DNA of 16,577 bases from Polyangia bacterium (GTDB lineage Bacteria > Myxococcota_A > Polyangia > Palsa-1104 > JAEUJZ01). This document shows, in pieces, positions 1-6,654 of this stretch. The stretch spans positions 1 to 16,577 of the forward strand of contig JAYRFD010001269.1 in the NCBI GenBank assembly GCA_041908565.1, given 5' to 3'. The number at the start of each line of letters is the position of its first letter. Positions within the stretch are counted from its first letter, which is position 1. The position numbers and the translations under genes are program-made. The notes beneath the pieces were generated by a model. That model searched no databases and had not been told where the DNA came from. It worked only from the letters and a program-made list of their open reading frames with translations.

Positions 1-723
1 GCGCTGCTGGTCGCGCATGTCGCTCGCGGTGGTCTGCGCCGTCGCTGGTCGCGCGGAGAGCTGTGGCGTCAGCTGTATCAAATCGGCAACCGCTCGCTGC
101 TGTTTGTGCTGGTGACGCTGGGCTTCATCGGCATGGTGCTGGTGTTTCAGACCTGCCTGCAGATCAACCGCGTCACCGGCGATCTGTCGCAGGTCGGTGC
201 GGAATTCGCGAAGATCTTGGTGCACGAATTCGGCCCCTCGCTGACCGCCATGATGCTGGCCACGCGCGTCGGAGCCGGCATCGCCGCCGAGATCGGATCG
301 ATGGTGGTCACCGAACAAGTCGATGCCCTGCGCATGTGCGGCGTCGATCCCATCGAGTACCTGCTGGCTCCGCGCTTTTTGGCCATGCTGCTGATGACCT
401 CGATCTTGACGGTCTTCGGCGTCAGCGCAGCACTGGGCATGGGCGCGCTGACCGCGTACCAAAGCTTCCATGTGCCGTTCGAGGTCTTCTTCGACTTCAG
501 CAAGGTCACGCCCGGTGACCTGATCACCGGACTTGGCAAGTGCGTGTGCTATGGCGCGGCCATTCCCGGCGTCGCCGGCTTCTGCGGCTTCCGCACCACC
601 GGCGGCTCGGAAGGCGTTGGCTGGGCGACGACCCGCGCAGTGGTCGCGTCGTCTTTCGCGGTGATCTTGCTCGACTTTTTCCTGTCGGGCGTCGCCATGT
701 TCACGCTGCAAGCCAGCCACTGA
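1..723 (+). CDS. mlaE: MlaE/YrbE-family ABC transporter permease (phospholipid/lipid-asymmetry maintenance system). It is 5'-partial and begins about 45 aa into the protein.
   Basis: Frame 1 is open from base 1 to the TGA at 721-723. Its translation (...ELWRQLYQIGNRSLLFVLVTLGFIGMVLVFQ..., ...GAGIAAEIGSMVVTEQVDALRMCGVDPIEYLLAPRF..., ...ATTRAVVASSFAVILLDFFLSG...) matches recalled conserved blocks of E. coli MlaE (VRQLYNVGVLS..FIGMVLGLQ; GRAGSALTAEIG.MRATEQL....VDP....PRF; [21 protein letters not shown]). The protein has multiple hydrophobic helices and GC3-rich codon usage. Confidence 0.85.
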   Translation, partial: ALLVAHVARGGLRRRWSRGELWRQLYQIGNRSLLFVLVTLGFIGMVLVFQTCLQINRVTGDLSQVGAEFAKILVHEFGPSLTAMMLATRVGAGIAAEIGSMVVTEQVDALRMCGVDPIEYLLAPRFLAMLLMTSILTVFGVSAALGMGALTAYQSFHVPFEVFFDFSKVTPGDLITGLGKCVCYGAAIPGVAGFCGFRTTGGSEGVGWATTRAVVASSFAVILLDFFLSGVAMFTLQASH

Positions 724-779
724 ACGCTTGCACGGTGGCCCAGGCGCCTTGCCGGCCCAAGAACTGCGTCCGGTCGCGA

Positions 780-905
780 ATTCGACGCTGACAATTGCCG
801 CCAAGTCCGCGGAATTTCTCTGTTTTCCGAGGGAGATCCGACAGACACGGAATTACGAAAAATTACATTTTGGTGACAACTTCGACTGCCCCTCCGGGCA
901 CTTAG
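780..905 (+). promoter_or_regulatory. AT-enriched intergenic stretch upstream of the glycosyltransferase gene, a candidate promoter/leader region. No confident -35/-10 could be assigned.
   Basis: GC falls to about 50% over 'gaatttctctgttttccgagggagatccgacagacacggaattacgaaaaattacattttggtgacaac', against about 70% in the flanking coding DNA. The stretch lies between the mlaE stop (723) and the RBS AGGAA (917-921) with ATG at 931. Confidence 0.2.
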
Positions 906-930
906 TGAGGTGTCCACAGGAACCATCACC

Positions 931-2466
931 ATGTCGACCTTCCTGACCACGATGCAGTCTGTTTGGCAATCCCTTCAGTCCTTCGGGAACACCTATGTCG
1001 TGAGCTGGCTCGCCGCTTACGACAAGCTGCTGATCGGCGCGTATCTGCTGGTGTTTATCGCACTGGCGGTCTACGGCTTCCACCGATCGACGCTGGTGTA
1101 CCTGTACTTCCGCTACCGCGACCGCCGGCCAGAGCCCCTTGGCCGCATGCCCGAGCTTCCCAAGGTCACGGTGCAGCTTCCCATGTTCAACGAGATGTAC
1201 GTGGCCACGCGTCTGCTGGATGCCGTCGATCGGATCCGCTACCCGCGCGATCGCTTCGAAGTGCAAGTCCTGGACGACAGCACCGACGAAACGCAAGAGC
1301 TGTGCAAGAAGAAGGTCGCAGAGCTTCGCGCCAACGGCCTGGACATCACCTACATCCACCGCACCGATCGCACGGGCTTTAAGGCCGGCGCCTTGGAAAA
1401 CGGACTTAAGACCGCCAAGGGCGAATTCGTCCTGGTCTTCGACGCCGACTTCCTGCCCGAGCCCGATGTTCTGGAGCGCACGATCCACTTCTTTTCGGAT
1501 CCCAAGGTCGGCATGGTGCAGGTGCGCTGGGAACACTTGAACCGCGACTATTCCCGTCTGACCGAGCTGCAGGCCCTGCTTTTGGATGGCCACTTCGTGA
1601 TCGAGCACACCGCGCGTCACCGCTCGGGCCGCTTCTTCAACTTCAATGGCACGGCGGGCATCTGGCGCCGATCGGCGATTCAAGACGCCGGTGGCTGGCA
1701 GCACGACACGCTGACCGAAGACATGGATCTTTCGTACCGTGCACAGCTGCGCGGCTGGCAGTTTGTGTACCTGCCGGATGTCGTCTCTCCCGCCGAGCTT
1801 CCCGTCGAGATGAATAGCTTCAAGAGCCAGCAGTTCCGCTGGGCCAAGGGATCGATCCAGGTCGCCAAGAAGCTGCTGCCGACCATCATGCGATCGAATG
1901 TTCCCTTCGGTGTGAAGATGGAAGCGTTCTTCCACCTGACCAACAACTTCGCCTATCCGCTGCTGTTCCTGCTGTCGCTGTTGCTGCTGCCCAACCTGCT
2001 GGTGCGCACCACCCACGGCCTGCGCGAAGTGATCCTGATCGACCTGCCGCTGTTCTTCGGAACGACGCTGTCGGTCTGTGCTTTCTACATCACCAGCCAG
2101 CGCGAGATCGCGCCCCGTAGCTGGTGGCGCGTCATCAAGAGCCTGCCGCTGATGATGTCGCTGGGCATTGGCCTGTGCATCAACCAGTCGCGCGCCGTCC
2201 TGGAAGCGCTGTTCACCAACGAGTCCGGCGAGTTCGTGCGCACGCCCAAGCACGGCGTGCAAGCCCGTCTTGAAAAGTGGACCGGCAAGAAGTACCGCGC
2301 CGCCAAGACCCTGGTGCCGGCCATCGAAGTGATGTGCGCCATCTACTTTGCGATCGCGCTGGTGCTGGCCCTGTTCAACGGTCACTACCTGTCGCTGCCC
2401 TTCCTGCTGCTGTTCTTCGGCGGCTACGCCTACGTCGGTACGCTCAGCGTCTATCAAGCGCGCTAA
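931..2466 (+). CDS. Processive family-2 glycosyltransferase of the CslA-like (beta-1,4-mannan/glucomannan synthase-like, cellulose-synthase superfamily) type, an integral membrane protein.
   Basis: ORF 910..2466. The ATG at 931 is preferred over the GTG at 910 because AGGAA lies 9 nt upstream. One N-terminal TM helix and about 4 C-terminal TM helices flank a GT2 catalytic core. The canonical processive beta-glycan synthase motifs are present: 'VQLPMFNE', 'QVLDDSTDET' (DD), 'FDADF' (DxD), 'LTEDMDL' (TED) and 'QQFRW' (QxxRW). Block-by-block similarity to recalled plant CslA sequence is strong (IPMYNE / VQVLDDSTD / GYKAGAL / FDADFQPEPDFL / FGFNGTAGVWR / TVEDMDL / GWKFVYL / QQHRW). Confidence 0.85.
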   Translation: MSTFLTTMQSVWQSLQSFGNTYVVSWLAAYDKLLIGAYLLVFIALAVYGFHRSTLVYLYFRYRDRRPEPLGRMPELPKVTVQLPMFNEMYVATRLLDAVDRIRYPRDRFEVQVLDDSTDETQELCKKKVAELRANGLDITYIHRTDRTGFKAGALENGLKTAKGEFVLVFDADFLPEPDVLERTIHFFSDPKVGMVQVRWEHLNRDYSRLTELQALLLDGHFVIEHTARHRSGRFFNFNGTAGIWRRSAIQDAGGWQHDTLTEDMDLSYRAQLRGWQFVYLPDVVSPAELPVEMNSFKSQQFRWAKGSIQVAKKLLPTIMRSNVPFGVKMEAFFHLTNNFAYPLLFLLSLLLLPNLLVRTTHGLREVILIDLPLFFGTTLSVCAFYITSQREIAPRSWWRVIKSLPLMMSLGIGLCINQSRAVLEALFTNESGEFVRTPKHGVQARLEKWTGKKYRAAKTLVPAIEVMCAIYFAIALVLALFNGHYLSLPFLLLFFGGYAYVGTLSVYQAR

Positions 2467-2523
2467 GTCACGACGGCTTCGCCCTCCCCCTTTTCAGGTA
2501 GCACCCCAGAAGGACTCGCCGGT

Positions 2524-5022
2524 TTGCCCTTCCATGCTGTATGGCGCAAGGCTCGCCGGAAGCTGATCCTGATCGCGACTCTCCTCGTCTCTCCTGTCCT
2601 CGCTCTGCTAGTCACCGCGGCCATCTTGCGCTTGGTGCCGCGCGCACCGCTTGCAGCGTCCTATTCGTCTTCGATCGCGGTTCGTGATCGCGAGCATCGC
2701 CTGCTGCGCCTGACGCTGTCCGACGACGACAAGTACCGTCTGTGGACACCGCTGTCGGGCATCTCGCCCAACTTGGTGGCGGCGATGCTGCTGCACGAAG
2801 ATCGACACTTCTATCGCCACTTCGCGGTCAACCCCATGGCGCTGTTGCGCGCCGTCTATGTCACGTACGTCGCGCGCGAAAGGCGGGTCGGTGGATCGAC
2901 GATCCCGATGCAGCTTGCGCGCTTGCACTACCGCATCAAGTCGCGCAGCCTGCGCGGCAAGCTGTCGCAGGTCGCCCACGCGATCTACTTGGAGCTGCGC
3001 TATCCCAAAGACGAGCTCTTAGAGGCGTACTTAAATCTGGTGCCATTCGGCCAGAACATCGAAGGCGTCGCCGCAGCCAGCCAGATCTATTTCGGCAAGT
3101 CGGTGACCAAGCTGCAGCTACCCGAAGCGCTGACCTTGGCGGTCATCCCGCAGAGCCCGCTGCGCCGCGGCTCCGTCGTGCGAGAGACGGAGCCCAGCCC
3201 GGTGACAGACGCCGGGTCGACCGGTACGCAGGCGCTTCTGCGCGCGCGCGCGGTGCTGTACGAAAAGTGGATCGCGGCCCATCCCGCAGAAAAGCGCGAC
3301 GAAGGTCTGATCAAGCTGCCGTTTTCGCTGCGCGATACCCACGACCTGCCGTTTCGTGCGCCGCACTTTGTCGAAGCCGTACTCGCCCAAGCCCGCATCG
3401 ACGGAGCCGGCGCAGCCAAGCGGGCAGCCCATGACAAGTCCGGTCGCGATCGCAACAACCAGATCACGACCCTGGACCTGCCGATTCAGCAGCTGATCGA
3501 AAAGCAGATCAAAGGCTACGTCGCGCGCAACCGCCGCATCGGCATCGAAAACGCCGTGGCCATGCTGATCGACAGCCGCGACATGAGCGTGCGCGCCGCC
3601 GTCGGCAGCGCCGACTTTTTCGACGCCAAGATCGAAGGCCAGGTCAGTGGCTTTCTGGCGCGGCGCTCGCCGGGATCGACGCTGAAGCCGTTCATCTATG
3701 CGCTGGGCATGGACCAGGGCGCGATTCATCCGCTGACCATGCTGAAGGACGCGCAGCTTGCCTTCGGTGCCTACAGCCCCGAAAACTTCGATGGGCGCTT
3801 CGCCGGCCCGGTGTCGGCCAAGGAAGCGCTGGTTCGTTCGCGCAACGTGCCGGCGCTGACCGTCGCGGCCAAGCTGACCAACCCCAGCTTCTATGCCTTT
3901 TTGAAAAGTGCGGGCGTCGCTCGCCTGAAGTCGGAAGAACACTACGGCCTGTCGCTGGTGCTGGGCGGCGGCGAAGTATCGATGGAAGAACTGGCCGCCC
4001 TGTACGCGATGCTGGCCAATCGCGGCGTGCTGCGGCCGCTGCGCTATCGCCAGGGCGATGCGGCGGTATCGGGTGTCCGCCTGCTGTCGGAAGAGTCGAG
4101 CTTCATGACGGTCGAGATGCTTAAAGACAACCCGCGTCCGGGCGATGCCGAGACCAACAGCCTGCGCTTCACCGTCGAGCCCTATCGTGCCGCGTGGAAG
4201 ACCGGCACATCGTATGGCTTCCGCGACGCGTGGACGGCCGGCACCTTGGGCCCCTATGTGCTGGTTGTGTGGATCGGCAACTTCAATGGCGAAGGCAACC
4301 CAGCCTTTGTCGGTGTGTCGGCGGCCGCTCCGCTGTTCTTCGCCATTGGCGATGCGCTGTTCGCGCGCCTGCACGACCTGAATGAACCGCCGCGTCCCCT
4401 GCCCAACAACCTGACCCGCGTGCCGGTGTGTGCCGTGTCCGGGCAGCTTCCGTCGAAGTTCTGTCCGCAAAAGAAGAACACGTGGTTCATCCCCGGTCGA
4501 TCGCCGATCGACACCTGCCAGATCCATCGACCCGTCCTAATCGACGAGCTAACCGGCAAGCAGATCTGCCGCAGCGACCCCAGCGGCAAAAGGCGCGGTC
4601 GATTGGAAGTGTATGAGTTCTGGCCCTCGGATCTGCTGCGGCTGTTTCAGCAGGCGGGACTGCCGCGGCGAACCCCACCACCGGCGGAAGGACCCGGCTG
4701 CGATCTGACCGCGCAGGCCAGCCAAGGGCAGCCCCCCACCATCACATCGCCCCTGCGCGGCGTGGTGTACACGCTGACGTCCGGCAGTGGCCTGCGCGAC
4801 AACGATGGGGATCGGCGCGACAGCATCGGCCTGTCTGCGATCACCGATGCCGACGCCAGCGAGGTCTTCTGGTTTGTCGGTGGATCGCTAATCGGTCGCT
4901 CGAAAACAGGACAGTCCTTCCTGTGGAAGCTGCCGACGTCGCCCGGCAAGTACATCCTGCGTGCCGTCGATGATCACGGTCGATCCGATACGCGGGAACT
5001 GACGGTCGCTCGATCCAACTGA
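2524..5022 (+). CDS. pbpC: Penicillin-binding protein 1C (bifunctional class A PBP with a GT51 transglycosylase and a transpeptidase domain), carrying a PBP1C-type C-terminal domain.
   Basis: TTG start at 2524, with GAAGGA 11 nt upstream. N-terminal signal-anchor helix. GT51 motifs 'EDRHFYRHFAVNPMA' and 'GGSTIPMQLAR' are present. Transpeptidase SxxK motif 'SPGSTLKPF' is present. 'KTGTSYGFRDAW' corresponds to the KTGT box. The long C-terminal extension after the TP domain (about 250 aa) is typical of PBP1C. Length is 832 aa. Confidence 0.85.
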   Translation: MPFHAVWRKARRKLILIATLLVSPVLALLVTAAILRLVPRAPLAASYSSSIAVRDREHRLLRLTLSDDDKYRLWTPLSGISPNLVAAMLLHEDRHFYRHFAVNPMALLRAVYVTYVARERRVGGSTIPMQLARLHYRIKSRSLRGKLSQVAHAIYLELRYPKDELLEAYLNLVPFGQNIEGVAAASQIYFGKSVTKLQLPEALTLAVIPQSPLRRGSVVRETEPSPVTDAGSTGTQALLRARAVLYEKWIAAHPAEKRDEGLIKLPFSLRDTHDLPFRAPHFVEAVLAQARIDGAGAAKRAAHDKSGRDRNNQITTLDLPIQQLIEKQIKGYVARNRRIGIENAVAMLIDSRDMSVRAAVGSADFFDAKIEGQVSGFLARRSPGSTLKPFIYALGMDQGAIHPLTMLKDAQLAFGAYSPENFDGRFAGPVSAKEALVRSRNVPALTVAAKLTNPSFYAFLKSAGVARLKSEEHYGLSLVLGGGEVSMEELAALYAMLANRGVLRPLRYRQGDAAVSGVRLLSEESSFMTVEMLKDNPRPGDAETNSLRFTVEPYRAAWKTGTSYGFRDAWTAGTLGPYVLVVWIGNFNGEGNPAFVGVSAAAPLFFAIGDALFARLHDLNEPPRPLPNNLTRVPVCAVSGQLPSKFCPQKKNTWFIPGRSPIDTCQIHRPVLIDELTGKQICRSDPSGKRRGRLEVYEFWPSDLLRLFQQAGLPRRTPPPAEGPGCDLTAQASQGQPPTITSPLRGVVYTLTSGSGLRDNDGDRRDSIGLSAITDADASEVFWFVGGSLIGRSKTGQSFLWKLPTSPGKYILRAVDDHGRSDTRELTVARSN

Positions 5023-5066
5023 ATGTCGATTCAGAAAACTGAATCCGAATTCAGTACAGCTTGAAT
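5023..5066. terminator. Palindromic elements at the convergent pbpC/rlmL junction, a candidate bidirectional terminator.
   Basis: The pbpC TGA is at 5020-5022 and the rlmL stop (TCA on +) is at 5051-5053. Between and across them lie 'cgattcag-aaaa-ctgaatc' (7-bp stem, 4-nt loop, 5026-5044) and 'gaattcag-tacagc-ttgaattc' (about 5046-5066). No clear U-tract follows on either strand, so intrinsic-terminator strength is doubtful. Confidence 0.3.
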
Positions 5067-6475
5067 TCCAGCAGACGACCTTCCAGCGGACCGTTGAACA
5101 GGATGTGGCGCGCGCTGGGACGCAGGCCAATCTGCTTCGCCAAGTCCAAGTTCGCGGTGTAGACAAACGCGCTGTAGCCGGTGAAGCGTCGCTTCAGGGT
5201 ATCGCCCAGGCCACGGTACAGACTGACCAACTCGTCGGGGGTGCTCATGCGCTCGCCATACGGCGGGTTGCACAGGACAATGTGCGGCGCGGCTTCGTTG
5301 GGGGTGTGCGCGACGACGGGTGGCTCGATGGTGCGCAGGTCACCAAGCTGCACCTGCGAAAACGGTGACAGGCCCGCGGTGCCCAAGTTCCGTCGAGCGG
5401 CGCTGATGGCTTGGCGATCGAGGTCGAAGCCGTACAAAAAGACTCCGGCTCCGCGCACGACGTTGCGGCCAGCCTCTTCCACGACGCGATCGAACTGCGC
5501 CCGGTCGTAGCCGCGCCAGCCCATGAAGCCGAAGTGGCGCGCACGTCCGCCGCTGCGCAGCAGGCCCGGGCTCTTGCCCAAGACGCGCAAGCCCGCTTCG
5601 ACCAGCAAGGTTCCGCTGCCGCAGCACAGATCGACGATGGTCGGCAGCATCGGGCTGCCGTCGGCGGACAGGGCCGGCGGTCCAGGCGGCAATCCGCGCA
5701 GCGCGATCTCGACGAAGGTCGCGGCCAGGGTTTCTTTCAGTGGCGCTTCGACAGACGCAACGCGATAGCCGCGCTCATGCAGCGGCGTGTCCGAGCTATC
5801 GATCGAGATCACCATGCGTGGCGTCCCGCGCCCCCCACGCTCGCCCGGCGTGGCGGCGGAATACAGCTGAACGTGGATGCGCAGATCTGGCGCCTGAACC
5901 GATACATCCGGCCGTCGGCCAAAGCGCGCGCGAAAGCGATCGCAGATCGCGTCTTTGACGCGCAGCGCGACGAACATGCTGTTGCTCAGACCGACTTCGG
6001 GCAGCGTGCCGTGCGCCGACACCGCCAGCGTCCCCTGCACGCCCAGATACTCTTCCCAGGGCAGACCAAACGCCGCTGCGTACAGATCTTCGGCTCCGCG
6101 ACACGGAGCATCGACAAGCTGCAGCAGCACACGCGATGCGCAGCGCAGATCAACATTCGCGCGATACAGAACCGAAAGCGGCCCGCGGAACTGAACGCCG
6201 CCGGCACCGGGCACCAGCGCAATGTCGACGGCGCCAGGCAGACGCTGTAGCTCGGCTGCGACTTGCGCATCGGCACCCCGCGGACACAACGCGCGATACA
6301 GCGGACGACTGCTGCTGTGCGTGGTGGGACGGGCCGAAGGTCGCTGCGCTCCCGTTCTGTCTGAGAAGTACGACTCCTCGCGCCGCTCGGGTTCGCGATC
6401 GTAGTGCCGTTCGGCACGGCCTTGGAAACGTTCCCGCGGCATGCCGCGATCACCCTGCGAATTGGGAAATGTCAT
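5051..6475 (-). CDS. rlmL: 23S rRNA (guanine2445-N2)-methyltransferase RlmL: THUMP domain plus UPF0020/SAM-dependent MTase. This is the stand-alone RlmL form without a fused RlmK half.
   Basis: The translation matches recalled E. coli RlmL blocks: 'LYRALCPRGADAQVAAELQRLPGAV' (cf. [23 protein letters not shown]), 'PLKETLAATFVEIA...DLCCGSGTLLVEAG' (cf. PIKETLAAAIV...DPMCGSGTLLIEAA), and the catalytic 'VLCNPPYGERM' (NPPY motif). The ORF as drawn carries a 45-57 aa Arg/Glu-rich N-terminal extension. The true start may be the second ATG (minus-strand 6442), which has GGGTGA upstream. Confidence 0.8.
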   Translation of the reverse strand: MTFPNSQGDRGMPRERFQGRAERHYDREPERREESYFSDRTGAQRPSARPTTHSSSRPLYRALCPRGADAQVAAELQRLPGAVDIALVPGAGGVQFRGPLSVLYRANVDLRCASRVLLQLVDAPCRGAEDLYAAAFGLPWEEYLGVQGTLAVSAHGTLPEVGLSNSMFVALRVKDAICDRFRARFGRRPDVSVQAPDLRIHVQLYSAATPGERGGRGTPRMVISIDSSDTPLHERGYRVASVEAPLKETLAATFVEIALRGLPPGPPALSADGSPMLPTIVDLCCGSGTLLVEAGLRVLGKSPGLLRSGGRARHFGFMGWRGYDRAQFDRVVEEAGRNVVRGAGVFLYGFDLDRQAISAARRNLGTAGLSPFSQVQLGDLRTIEPPVVAHTPNEAAPHIVLCNPPYGERMSTPDELVSLYRGLGDTLKRRFTGYSAFVYTANLDLAKQIGLRPSARHILFNGPLEGRLLEFKLY

Positions 6476-6654
6476 GTCGAAATCCGCCGCAGCCGTATCA
6501 CATCCGCCGGCGCATTGTCACAGCTTTCGCAGCGCGCCAAGCGGCCCACAGACCGCCACCACACCGCCCGGCCAGCGACGGAAAACAGCCTGCGCGGCGT
6601 CCTGATTGACCCCAGCTGTCCGGCGGGAGGAAAATCCAGCCGGAGGTTCAGCAC

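Noticed and set aside
893-912. Possible sigma54 -24/-12 element (GGCAC-N5-...) upstream of the GT2 gene
   Set aside because: GGCAC is present, but the -12 position reads GAGG rather than TTGC, so it does not fit the consensus.
853-2457. 534-aa minus-strand ORF antisense to the GT2 gene
   Set aside because: The translation is low-complexity and Q/R/G/A-rich with no recognisable domain. It overlaps a strongly supported + strand gene. Long antisense open frames are expected at about 70% GC because stop codons are rare.
3118-4527. 469-aa minus-strand ORF antisense to pbpC
   Set aside because: It has the same ghost-ORF character (Arg/Ala/Gly-rich, no motifs), while the + strand carries clear GT51 and transpeptidase motifs.
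5411-6250. 279-aa plus-strand ORF antisense to rlmL
   Set aside because: It lies inside the well-supported minus-strand rlmL, has repetitive Ala/Arg/Gln composition and no RBS.
6605-6635. TTGACC...GAAAAT as a sigma70 promoter for the MVP gene
   Set aside because: The spacer is about 19 bp. The implied transcript start would leave almost no 5'UTR ahead of the GGAGG RBS at 6642. This is too weak to report as a feature.
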